From NCBI GenBank assembly GCA_965247095.1, contig OZ251997.1:3264001-3328000 (forward strand): 64,000 bases of DNA, in the 5' to 3' direction. Positions 52,100 through 62,059 of this stretch are shown here, in pieces. The position numbers were made by a program, and so were the translations under genes. The DNA comes from Candidatus Multivorans sp. (GTDB lineage Bacteria > Acidobacteriota > Thermoanaerobaculia > Multivoradales > Multivoraceae). Every line of letters begins with the position of its first letter. The stretch's first letter is position 1. A model generated the notes under the pieces. It had not been told where the DNA came from, did not search any database, and saw only the letters and a list, made by a program, of their open reading frames with translations.

Positions 52100-54265
52100 G
52101 TGGATCCGGAGGCAGCCCTTGGCGACCTGGACGCCGACTTCGAGGCGGCGCTTCGCCGCGTCCTCGATCCGGCGAACGCCGGCCGCAGCCTGCACTGGGG
52201 CCGGAGCTACCTGTACGAGACAGCGTGGCGGCGTGGCCGGGACAAAGGCGAGGTCGCCGTGGTCGTCAAGCAGTTCCGCCACGACGATCTGCGGGCCAGG
52301 CTTCGCCGTCGCCGGCGGGGCACTCGGGCGCGCCTGAGCTTCGATACCGCGCGCAGGCTGCGGCGGTTGGGTATCTCGACGCCGGAACCGGTGCTCTATG
52401 CCGAGTCGAAGACCGTGGAGGGCCCCGCCTGGTTCGTGTGCCGGCGGGTGCCGGAGGCCCTGGAACTGCGCTACGTGCTCAGGGCTCTGAATGCCGGCGA
52501 GGCCGCGGCGCGCTTCCCCGGGATCGACGGAGCGGTGCTGCTGCAGCGGGTCGGCGCCCTGGCCGCGGAGCTGCACCGCCACGGCATCTGGTTCCGGGAC
52601 CTGACCTCCGGCAACGTGCTGCTCTCGGAACCGACCACGGATGCCGAGTTGTACCTGGTGGACCTGAACCGCGCCCGCTTTCGGCGCCGGCTGTCAGTGA
52701 GTCAGCGCCTGCGGGACCTCTGCCGGATGCCGGTGTTGCGGCCGGCCGACCGGGCGGGGTACCTGCGCGGCTACCGCCCCGGTGGGCTGCCCTGGTTGGA
52801 GCGGCTCTGGTTCGAGGTCTACCACCACGGTTTCCGTCTCAAGATCCGGTCGAAGGAAGGCGCCCGCCGGGGACTGCGCCGCTTTGCCGATCTGCTGCTG
52901 CCGCGGCGCCGCGCTCATCCCCACATTACGGCGGCGGACCGCGGAGCGAAGGCCCAGGAGCGGGCGGTCTGGGATCCGCTCACCGACCAGCCGCACCAGC
53001 AGGCGACGCGCAGCCAGCGGCTGGGGGTCCGTCTGCGCGACGCCGCCCACCATGCCCGTCCGCTGCTTCGGTCCGCCGGTCCGCTGTTCGCATCGATCGT
53101 CGAGGGGAAGCGCCTGCGCCGCCGCATCGAGAGGGCTTCGGAGTCGATCCCCTTCGATGGCCTCGGCGTGGCGGTCGGTCCGGGCTCGGCGCCGGTCGGC
53201 GCCCTGGTCGAGGCGATCGACGATCTCGGGGTCGAAGGCGTGTTGCTGCGCTTCCATCTCTGGCAGGGCGTGGACGCTGACCTGCTGCAACTGGCGGAGA
53301 TCCTCAACGGGGCGGAAAGGAGGCCGGTCGACCTCGTGTTCCAGCTCAGCCAGGACCGGTCGTTGGTGCGGGACAGCGGACTCTGGCGACGGCGCGTGGA
53401 GGAGGCCGTCGCCGCGCTCTCGCCCTTCGGTCACAGGTTCCTCATCGGACAGGCGCCCAACCGCAGCAAGTGGGGCGTGTGGCGCCCGGACGAGTACTGG
53501 AGTCTCCTGGCTGCCGGCGTCGAAGCCGTGCGGGCCGGGAATCGGGATGCGTGCGTGCTCGCTCCGGCGGTCATCGACTTCGAGCCGCACGCGACGGCCG
53601 TACTGATCCACTCCGGGTTGCCGGAGCACCGCTTCGACATCCTGGCGAGTCAGCTCTACGTCGACCGGCGGGGGGCGCCCGAGAACCGTCAACTCGGCTT
53701 CGACCTCGCCGGCAAGCTGGCCGTGTTGCGGGCCGTTGCCCGCAGAGCTCCGGACTGCGCGTCGGATCGAAGCTGGGTCACCGAGTTCAACTGGCCGCTC
53801 AAGGAGGGGCCTCACGCCCCCGCCGGACGCGATGTCGCCGTGGACGAGGACACCCAGGCCAGCTACCTGGTCCGCTATTGCCTCGAGGCTCTGGGAACCG
53901 GCCTTGCCGAGCGCGTCTTCTGGTGGCAGTTGGCGGCGGCCGGCTACGGGCTGATCGATCCCCGGGCCGGCGCCTTGAGGCGGCGGCCGGCCTATCGTGC
54001 CCTGCGTCAGCTCCAGCGCGAGTTGGCCGGCGCCCGGGTCGAACGTCTGCTGCTGCCGCCGGGAGTGCGCGGCTACCGGGCGCTCCGTCACGGTCGGGAG
54101 GTCCAGGTGCTGTGGGCGGTGGATCGCCGCGGCCGGGCCTACCGTCCCGCCGTCGGCGTCCGCGCCGCGCGCGACCGCGACGGGGTTGAACTGGCTTCCG
54201 GCCCGGTGCGGTTCGGCCCGGCGCCGGTGTACTTCGAGATCGCCAAGGACGGCGCCGCGACGTGA
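52100..54265 (+). CDS. Kdo/WaaP(InaA)-like kinase fused to a clan GH-A glycoside-hydrolase-like TIM barrel
   Basis: N-terminal VVVKQF, HGIWFRDLTSGNVLL, LYLVDLNR. C-terminal IGQAPNRSKWG, FDILASQLYVDRRG, WVTEFNW, RVFWWQL...GYGL. Confidence 0.7.
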   Translation: MDPEAALGDLDADFEAALRRVLDPANAGRSLHWGRSYLYETAWRRGRDKGEVAVVVKQFRHDDLRARLRRRRRGTRARLSFDTARRLRRLGISTPEPVLYAESKTVEGPAWFVCRRVPEALELRYVLRALNAGEAAARFPGIDGAVLLQRVGALAAELHRHGIWFRDLTSGNVLLSEPTTDAELYLVDLNRARFRRRLSVSQRLRDLCRMPVLRPADRAGYLRGYRPGGLPWLERLWFEVYHHGFRLKIRSKEGARRGLRRFADLLLPRRRAHPHITAADRGAKAQERAVWDPLTDQPHQQATRSQRLGVRLRDAAHHARPLLRSAGPLFASIVEGKRLRRRIERASESIPFDGLGVAVGPGSAPVGALVEAIDDLGVEGVLLRFHLWQGVDADLLQLAEILNGAERRPVDLVFQLSQDRSLVRDSGLWRRRVEEAVAALSPFGHRFLIGQAPNRSKWGVWRPDEYWSLLAAGVEAVRAGNRDACVLAPAVIDFEPHATAVLIHSGLPEHRFDILASQLYVDRRGAPENRQLGFDLAGKLAVLRAVARRAPDCASDRSWVTEFNWPLKEGPHAPAGRDVAVDEDTQASYLVRYCLEALGTGLAERVFWWQLAAAGYGLIDPRAGALRRRPAYRALRQLQRELAGARVERLLLPPGVRGYRALRHGREVQVLWAVDRRGRAYRPAVGVRAARDRDGVELASGPVRFGPAPVYFEIAKDGAAT

Positions 54266-54279
54266 GATGATCGCTGGCG

Positions 54280-55077
54280 ATGTTCGAGGTGGCCCGATGT
54301 CTCATTCGCTACCGCGGCCTGCTGTGGACCCTGGTCCAGCGGGAGTTGCGAGCGCGTTACCGGGGCAGTGTGCTCGGCTTCCTGTGGTCCCTGATCAACC
54401 CGCTCCTGTTGCTCGGCGTGTACTCCTTCGTCTTCAGCGTGATCCTGCCCCGAGATGTGGTTGAGGTTGAGCCCTACGGCGTCTTCCTCGTTACGGGTCT
54501 CTTTCCCTGGATCTGGGTTTCGACCTCGCTTCTGGAAGGCTGCTCCTCTCTGACCGGCAACAGCGCGTTGATCCGCAAGGCGGTCTTTCCGGTCGAGGTA
54601 TTGCCGGCCGTCGCTGTGGTGGCGAACCTGATGCACTTCCTGCTGGCCCTGCCGATCGTGGCCGGGGCTTTGATCGTGGGCAGGTTGCTGGGCTATCCGA
54701 TTGCCGGGTGGACCGTAGTCCTGCTGCCGGTCGTGCTCGTCATCGAAGCGGTCATGGTCGCGGGCCTCGTCTTCGCCCTGTCCGCGGTCAATGTGCACTT
54801 CAAGGATGTCCGGGACCTGCTTGGCAACGTGCTGGTTCTGCTGTTCTTCCTGGCGCCGATCATCTACACGCTGAACGATCTTCCGTCCAACTTTGCCCGG
54901 TTCGTGCAACTGAATCCGATGACCTGGTTCACGGTGGCGATCCAGGATCTCCTGTTCCACGGTCGCCTGCCCGAGGCTGAGGCCTGGTTGATCATGGCCG
55001 CGATTGCGGCGGTGTCCTGGGCGTTGGGCGCCAGCCTGTTCTCGCGCCTGAGCGACACGCTGGCCGAGGCGGTCTGA
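54280..55077 (+). CDS. wzm: Polysaccharide ABC transporter permease
   Basis: RELRARYRGSVLGFLWSLINPL, F..PI.Y and LNP motifs. Confidence 0.9.
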   Translation: MFEVARCLIRYRGLLWTLVQRELRARYRGSVLGFLWSLINPLLLLGVYSFVFSVILPRDVVEVEPYGVFLVTGLFPWIWVSTSLLEGCSSLTGNSALIRKAVFPVEVLPAVAVVANLMHFLLALPIVAGALIVGRLLGYPIAGWTVVLLPVVLVIEAVMVAGLVFALSAVNVHFKDVRDLLGNVLVLLFFLAPIIYTLNDLPSNFARFVQLNPMTWFTVAIQDLLFHGRLPEAEAWLIMAAIAAVSWALGASLFSRLSDTLAEAV

Positions 55078-55078
55078 C

Positions 55079-56467
55079 TTGCCTCGACCTGCGGTCGTTC
55101 TTCGCGGCGTCAGCAAACGCTACCGGCGCTCTGCCGGCGGCTATCGGCTGCGGACGCTGAAGAGCGCGCTTCTCGAGCGCAGCCTGACCAGCGGCCTGGC
55201 TGCCGCCGACGTGGTCGAGGCTCTGACCGATGTCAGCTTCGAGGTCGCGGCCGGCGAGGCGGTGGGCGTCATCGGCGGCAACGGTTCGGGCAAGTCGACG
55301 TTGATCAAGCTGGTTGCGGGCCTGTTGCCGCCAACCTCCGGGGAACTTGCGGTCAACGGCCGGGTCGCCGCCCTGATCGAACTCGGGGCCGGCTTCCACC
55401 CCGAGATCTCGGGCCGGGAGAACGTCTTCATCAACGGCGCGCTACTCGGTCTGAGCCGCCGCCGGATCGAGGAGCGCTACGACGACATCGTGGAGTTCGC
55501 GGATCTCCACGACTTCATCGAGGAGCCGATCAAGAACTACTCGTCGGGCATGTACGTCCGCCTCGGCTTCTCGGTCGCCATCCATACCGACCCCGAGATC
55601 CTCCTGGTCGACGAGGTGCTCGCGGTCGGCGACGAGGAGTTCGTTCACCGCTGCATCGCCCGCATCGAGGAGCACCTTGCCCGGGGCGGCACGCTGCTCG
55701 TGGTGAGCCACTCGATGGGCCTGATCGACGAGCTCTGCGACCGGGCGGTCTGGCTGGACCAGGGACGCGTCCGGGCGATCGGTTCGACGCGGCGGGTGAT
55801 CGACGCCTATCTCGAGGCCGTGGCCGCGCGCGAGGGCGAGGCCCACGACCGGCGCCGGGCGCTGGCCGCCGAACGCAGTGAGTCGCCGCCGGGGAAAGAA
55901 GAGGCGTTGACGGTGCCGGACGCGGAGGAGGAGATCCTGCGCTGGGGGTCCGGCCAGGCGCGGATCGTCGGCGCCCGCCTGCTGGCCGGCGCCTCGGGCG
56001 AGGAGCGGTATCACCTGCACTGCGGAGAGGCGGTGGCGTTCGAGCTCGAAGTGGAGCCGCGGGAGGATCTCGACGACTTCGTCTTCGGGGTCGGCGTCAA
56101 GACGCCCCGCGGTGTCGACTGCTGGGGCACGAACACCGATCTCGCCGGGTACGAACCGCGCCTGCTGCGCGCTCCGGTGCGCGTCCGGCTGGTGTGCCCG
56201 GAACTGCGGCTGGCGCCGGGCGAGTACACGGTCGATCTCGCGGTTCACGCTCGCGACGGCAGGGCTTACGATTACCGCCGCCGAGCGTTCCGTTTCACGG
56301 TGGCCGAGAGTTCGGTGCTCCGGAGCATGGGTCTCTACGTGCCGGACCACGAGTGGCATGTGGAGGCGCTGGGCGCCGGCAACGGCGACGGGGCGGCCGA
56401 CCCGCAAGCGGCGATCGATTGGCGTTCGCCTGCCCATTTGGACAGTGACCCATGGAGGATGGAATGA
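55079..56467 (+). CDS. wzt: Polysaccharide ABC transporter ATPase with C-terminal Wzt_C carbohydrate-binding domain
   Basis: GGNGSGKST, GAGFHPEISGREN, YSSGM, DEVLAVGD and a beta-rich tail (L.L.PGEY.V). Confidence 0.9.
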   Translation: MPRPAVVLRGVSKRYRRSAGGYRLRTLKSALLERSLTSGLAAADVVEALTDVSFEVAAGEAVGVIGGNGSGKSTLIKLVAGLLPPTSGELAVNGRVAALIELGAGFHPEISGRENVFINGALLGLSRRRIEERYDDIVEFADLHDFIEEPIKNYSSGMYVRLGFSVAIHTDPEILLVDEVLAVGDEEFVHRCIARIEEHLARGGTLLVVSHSMGLIDELCDRAVWLDQGRVRAIGSTRRVIDAYLEAVAAREGEAHDRRRALAAERSESPPGKEEALTVPDAEEEILRWGSGQARIVGARLLAGASGEERYHLHCGEAVAFELEVEPREDLDDFVFGVGVKTPRGVDCWGTNTDLAGYEPRLLRAPVRVRLVCPELRLAPGEYTVDLAVHARDGRAYDYRRRAFRFTVAESSVLRSMGLYVPDHEWHVEALGAGNGDGAADPQAAIDWRSPAHLDSDPWRME

Positions 56468-56778
56468 GCGAACGACCCAAGGAAGAAAAGGCCGACCAGG
56501 AGTCGTCTTCGTCGATCAACGTCAAGATCGGCGATGCCGAACTCAAGGGGGCCTACTCCAACCTGCTGCGCATCACGCACACCCGTGAGGAGTTCATCCT
56601 CGACTTCATCAACGTGGTGCCGCCGCAGGGCATCGTCAGCGCCCGCATCGTGACCAGCCCCGGCCACCTGAAGCGGATCATCAGGGCGCTGGGCACCAAC
56701 CTGCGCCGCTACGAGGAAATCCACGGCGTCATCGAGGAGGCCCTCGACCCGACGGATGTGTCCAGTCGCGTGAACTAG
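56464..56778 (+). CDS. DUF3467-like small protein
   Basis: G.YSN...I.HT.EEFILDF...RIVTSP.H.K pattern. Confidence 0.75.
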   Translation: MSERPKEEKADQESSSSINVKIGDAELKGAYSNLLRITHTREEFILDFINVVPPQGIVSARIVTSPGHLKRIIRALGTNLRRYEEIHGVIEEALDPTDVSSRVN

Positions 56779-56779
56779 C

Positions 56780-58552
<1,773 letters not shown>

Positions 58553-58633
58553 GGGTGGAACGCTACCAGCCCGCGGGGTCAGTTGGAGGGCGGGTCGGGT
58601 CCGATCGGGCGCGGGACCGCCGGATCGGCATGG

Positions 58634-59350
58634 TTAGCGCGGCGCTCGCGGGCCGAACAGGGCGGAGCCGATCCGTACGTGGGTGGCGCCTTCGAACACG
58701 GCGGCCTCGAAGTCCGCGCTCATTCCCATCGACAGCCAACCCTCGCGCTCGCCGAACAGGCCGTGGCGGCCCAGTTCGTCGCGCAGGCGCCGCAGGGCCG
58801 CGAAGTCGCGGCGCGCTTCCCCGGGGTCGCTTCGAGGGGGAGGAATCGCCATCAAACCGCGGATCGGCAGGTGCCGCAGGTCGGCGAGTCCGAGCATCGT
58901 CCCGGTGTCCTCGGGCAGGAAGCCGTGCTTGCTGGGCTCCCGCCCGATGTTGACCTCGAGGAGGCAGGTCCGATTCCCTCCCTGCCGGTTCCGCAGCACC
59001 CGATCGAGCCGCTGTGCGACCTGCACCCGGTCGACGGCCTCGAAAACGTCGAAGACGCCGCACGCCCGCGGCGCCTTGTTCGTCTGCAGGGGCCCGACCA
59101 GGCGCCACTCGAGGTGGTCGTAACCGGCCTCGAGCAGCGCCGCGCGGTGCTCTTCGCCCTCCTGGACCTGGTTCTCGCCCAGGACCCGGAGACCGGCGTC
59201 CACGGCCTCGACGATGCGCTCCAGGGGCTGCCGCTTGCAGGCGCCGATCAGGGTGACGTCGTGAGCGGCTCGACCCGCGCGCCGGCACGCCTCCGACAGC
59301 CGCTCCGTCAAGTCCGCGTAGCGCTTCCCGGCCCCCGTGTGCTCTGACAC
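58634..59350 (-). CDS. yggS: PLP homeostasis protein YggS
   Basis: GEN.VQE, GPLQTNK, EVNIG.E.SK.G and LSMGMS.DFE.A...GAT.VRIG. Confidence 0.92.
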   Translation of the reverse strand: MSEHTGAGKRYADLTERLSEACRRAGRAAHDVTLIGACKRQPLERIVEAVDAGLRVLGENQVQEGEEHRAALLEAGYDHLEWRLVGPLQTNKAPRACGVFDVFEAVDRVQVAQRLDRVLRNRQGGNRTCLLEVNIGREPSKHGFLPEDTGTMLGLADLRHLPIRGLMAIPPPRSDPGEARRDFAALRRLRDELGRHGLFGEREGWLSMGMSADFEAAVFEGATHVRIGSALFGPRAPR

Positions 59351-59365
59351 CTTGCGCCTCAGAAC

Positions 59366-60115
59366 TCACTCCGTTGCGTTCTGCGGTTCAGGCTCCAGAT
59401 AGAGGATCCGTTGGCAGGAGTCACAGGGAACGATGGCGCCCTGGGTCTGGATCTGCAGTACGACCTGGGGCCGGATCCGGTAGTTGCAGAACGAGCAGTG
59501 CCGGATCGGGGCCTTGGCGCTTTCGATGACCCGGATGACCGCCAGTGGCGTTCCGCCATGGCGCTCGAACAGGCGCCCGTACTGGTTCAGGGCTGCGGGG
59601 GGCAGGCGTTCGCGAAAGACCTCGATCCGGCCCTCCAGCACTTCGACCCGCTTCCGCATCGCGGGCTTCTGCTCCTCCCAGGCGGCCAGAGCCTCCTGGT
59701 ACTGCTGGTCCAGGCTCTCGAAAGCCTCGCGGAGTTCGTCGAGCTGCGCCGACGCCTGATCCTGGCTCTCGAGCGCCAGCAGCGCCTTCTCGTCGGCCTC
59801 GCGCATCTGGGCGCGGACAGTGTCGATCTCGCTCAGCAGGGCGCCGTATTCGCGCTGCGTGGTCACGCGGGAGATCTGCTCATGGTAGCGCTCGATGCTC
59901 TCCTTGCCCGCTGCTGACTCCGCTTCGGCGGCGCGGCGCTCCAACTCCGCCTGCTGGTGCTCCTCCTCTAGCTCGTCGATCTCGCTCCGCCTCATCTCGT
60001 ACTGGTCGTGAAGTTCCTGCATCGACTCGGGAACCCCGTCGAGCAGGGTGAGGCTGCGCGCGAGTTCTACGCTTGCCTCCTGTAGCTCTACAATCGTGTC
60101 AAGGACTCTTTCCAT
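59366..60115 (-). CDS. Coiled-coil protein with C4-type zinc ribbon (DUF164-like)
   Basis: Long coiled coil, REY.AL..EI and CSFC...CDSCQRIL. Confidence 0.85.
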   Translation of the reverse strand: MERVLDTIVELQEASVELARSLTLLDGVPESMQELHDQYEMRRSEIDELEEEHQQAELERRAAEAESAAGKESIERYHEQISRVTTQREYGALLSEIDTVRAQMREADEKALLALESQDQASAQLDELREAFESLDQQYQEALAAWEEQKPAMRKRVEVLEGRIEVFRERLPPAALNQYGRLFERHGGTPLAVIRVIESAKAPIRHCSFCNYRIRPQVVLQIQTQGAIVPCDSCQRILYLEPEPQNATE

Positions 60116-60249
60116 TCAAATCCGTTCCGAAGCTCCCGCGGCCTGGGCCGCGATGTCGACCTGCTGGTCTATTGCCGTCCGCCGGCGCAGCATCGTTCTG
60201 TGAGGGGTTGCAAGGAGTTGGCAATCGCTGGATCCGCCGCTGCACGGTA

Positions 60250-60322
60250 TGGGTCCACCTGGATTCGAACCAGGGACCTGCCGGTTATGAGCCGGATGCT
60301 CTAACCGCTGAGCTATGGACCC
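60250..60322 (-). tRNA. tRNA with CAT anticodon, probably tRNA-Ile2 (lysidine)
   Basis: GGGTCCA-TAGCTCAGCGGTTAGAGC, CCGG-CTCATAA-CCGG, T arm GGTTCGAATCC. Paired G1-C72 argues against initiator tRNA; CCA not encoded. Confidence 0.85.
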
Positions 60323-60524
60323 TTCGGACCCTGAGCGCAGTGCCGCAGTATAGCCCCACGATTGCTCGGCTTCGCCTCGGAATCCTGGCCCAACCCATCC
60401 TCGCCGGGAGCTTGCGCCGCAGCACTCTCTCGTATCGTTCTACGGCGCTAGCTCCCAGCCACAAGGCGGGCGCCATTGGGGTATAGTGATCGGCACGCGA
60501 ACAGCGATCCAAGGAGGTGCCAGG

Positions 60525-61319
60525 ATGTCGAGAATCACTCCAGTCGGGCGGCCGGGGCGGGCGGTGTCAGCCGCCGGCGCTGCCGCCGTTCTTCTGCTCG
60601 CTTCTCTGGCTGCGTGCGGCCCTTCCGAGGAGGAGCGGACGGCTACCGCCAGGACGGAGGCCTGGGCCGAACTGGAGGAAGCTCAGGCCGCCTTGAACGC
60701 CAAGCGCAGTGAACTGGAGCAGTTGCGTGCGCAGGCGGCGGCGCCCGGTGAAGGGGAGGATGCCGAAGCGCTCGCCGCTCAGGCGGACGCCCTGGACGAA
60801 GAGGTCGGCGCCGACGGCGAGGCCTTTTCACAGAAGCTGATCAACCACATCAACGAAGCCGAGTGGGAGCTCGGCGGGGAGTTGAACGAAGAGCAGCGGG
60901 CGGCCTTCGGGATGATGTCTGGCGAGCAGATGTACCTGGCCCAGGAATACGCGGTGAAGGGCGGCGACTACCGGCGGGCGATCGATATCCTGCAGGGGGC
61001 CCAGAGAAACGATCCGGACAACCCCGACCTGGCGGCGAGGATCGTCGAGTACGAGGAAGCACGCTACGTCACGGTCGAACAGCTTGCGGAGGTCAAGCGG
61101 GAAATGACCGAGGCCGAGGTCGAGGGCGTCCTGGGCAAGGTCTTCCACAGCTATGTGCGGAACTTCGCGGACGAGAACGTATTCGCCTGGTTCTACCCCA
61201 AGGACCCCGAAGAGCACGGGGCCGGCGCCGCTGTCGGCGTGTTCTTCCGCGAGAACGATCGGAAGGTGTACCGCACCGATCCCAACGCGGTCGAGGGGAA
61301 GGACGAAGAAGAGGAGTAG
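60525..61319 (+). CDS. Lipoprotein with helical region and C-terminal SmpA/BamE-like motif
   Basis: Lipobox LAACG, coiled coil and VKREMTEAEVEGVLG motif. Confidence 0.6.
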   Translation: MSRITPVGRPGRAVSAAGAAAVLLLASLAACGPSEEERTATARTEAWAELEEAQAALNAKRSELEQLRAQAAAPGEGEDAEALAAQADALDEEVGADGEAFSQKLINHINEAEWELGGELNEEQRAAFGMMSGEQMYLAQEYAVKGGDYRRAIDILQGAQRNDPDNPDLAARIVEYEEARYVTVEQLAEVKREMTEAEVEGVLGKVFHSYVRNFADENVFAWFYPKDPEEHGAGAAVGVFFRENDRKVYRTDPNAVEGKDEEEE

Positions 61320-61387
61320 CCGCCCGTGACCAACCCTGCGTGGCACGGAGACTTGTGTCGAATGCAGCAGGGAGCGCCGCCCTGTCC

Positions 61388-61417
61388 TTGACGGCAGTGG
61401 GTCGGCTGGTGCACAAT
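61388..61417 (+). promoter_or_regulatory. Possible sigma70 promoter for rpsU
   Basis: TTGACG-18 bp-CACAAT. Confidence 0.4.
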
Positions 61418-61511
61418 GCGCCCCTCTTGTGGGTCGTCGTGCGTCGGCGGCCTTAGGTGAGTCGGGTTCAGGCCCAGGTCTGAGTTCACAAAGAGAGGAC
61501 GAGTTCTGGCT

Positions 61512-61721
61512 ATGCCGGTTGTGCAGGTACGCGACGACGAGAGTTTCGAGAATGCGCTTCGCCGTTTCAAGCGGAAGTGCGAGAAAGAGGGCATTCTGAC
61601 CGAGCTCAAGAAGCGCCAGCACTTCGAGAAGCCGTCGGTGAAGCGCAAGCGCAAGGTGATCCAGGCGCGCAAGAAGATGCTGCGCAAGCTGGACGAGGAG
61701 CGCCGCGCCGGCTTGGTCTGA
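61512..61721 (+). CDS. rpsU: 30S ribosomal protein S21
   Basis: [15 protein letters not shown]...[15 protein letters not shown]. Confidence 0.96.
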   Translation: MPVVQVRDDESFENALRRFKRKCEKEGILTELKKRQHFEKPSVKRKRKVIQARKKMLRKLDEERRAGLV

Positions 61722-61727
61722 GCCCGC

Positions 61728-61994
61728 GCCGCGCCCACGCGCAAGCCGGCGCCGCGCCCACGCGCAAGCCGGCGCCGCGCCCACGCGCAAGCCGGCGCCG
61801 CGCCCACGCGCAAGCCGGCGCCGCGCCCACGCGCAAGCCGGCGCCGCGCCCACGGCAAGCCGGCGCCGCGCCCACGCGCAAGCCGGCGCCGCGCCCACGC
61901 GCAAGCCGGCGCCGCGCCTACGCGCAAGCCGGCGCCGCGCCCACGCGCAAGCCGGCGCCGCGCCCACGCGCAAGCCGGCGCCGCGCCCACGCGC
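61728..61994 (+). repeat. 23-bp tandem repeat (about 11.6 copies of GCCGCGCCCACGCGCAAGCCGGC)
   Basis: Counted directly; one copy has a 1-bp deletion and one has a C>T change. Confidence 0.93.
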
Positions 61995-62059
61995 GAAGCG
62001 ACAACAGATGAGGGGTTTCGCTCGCTCGCCGCATCCAAGGCAGAGCATCGGGATCGGAG

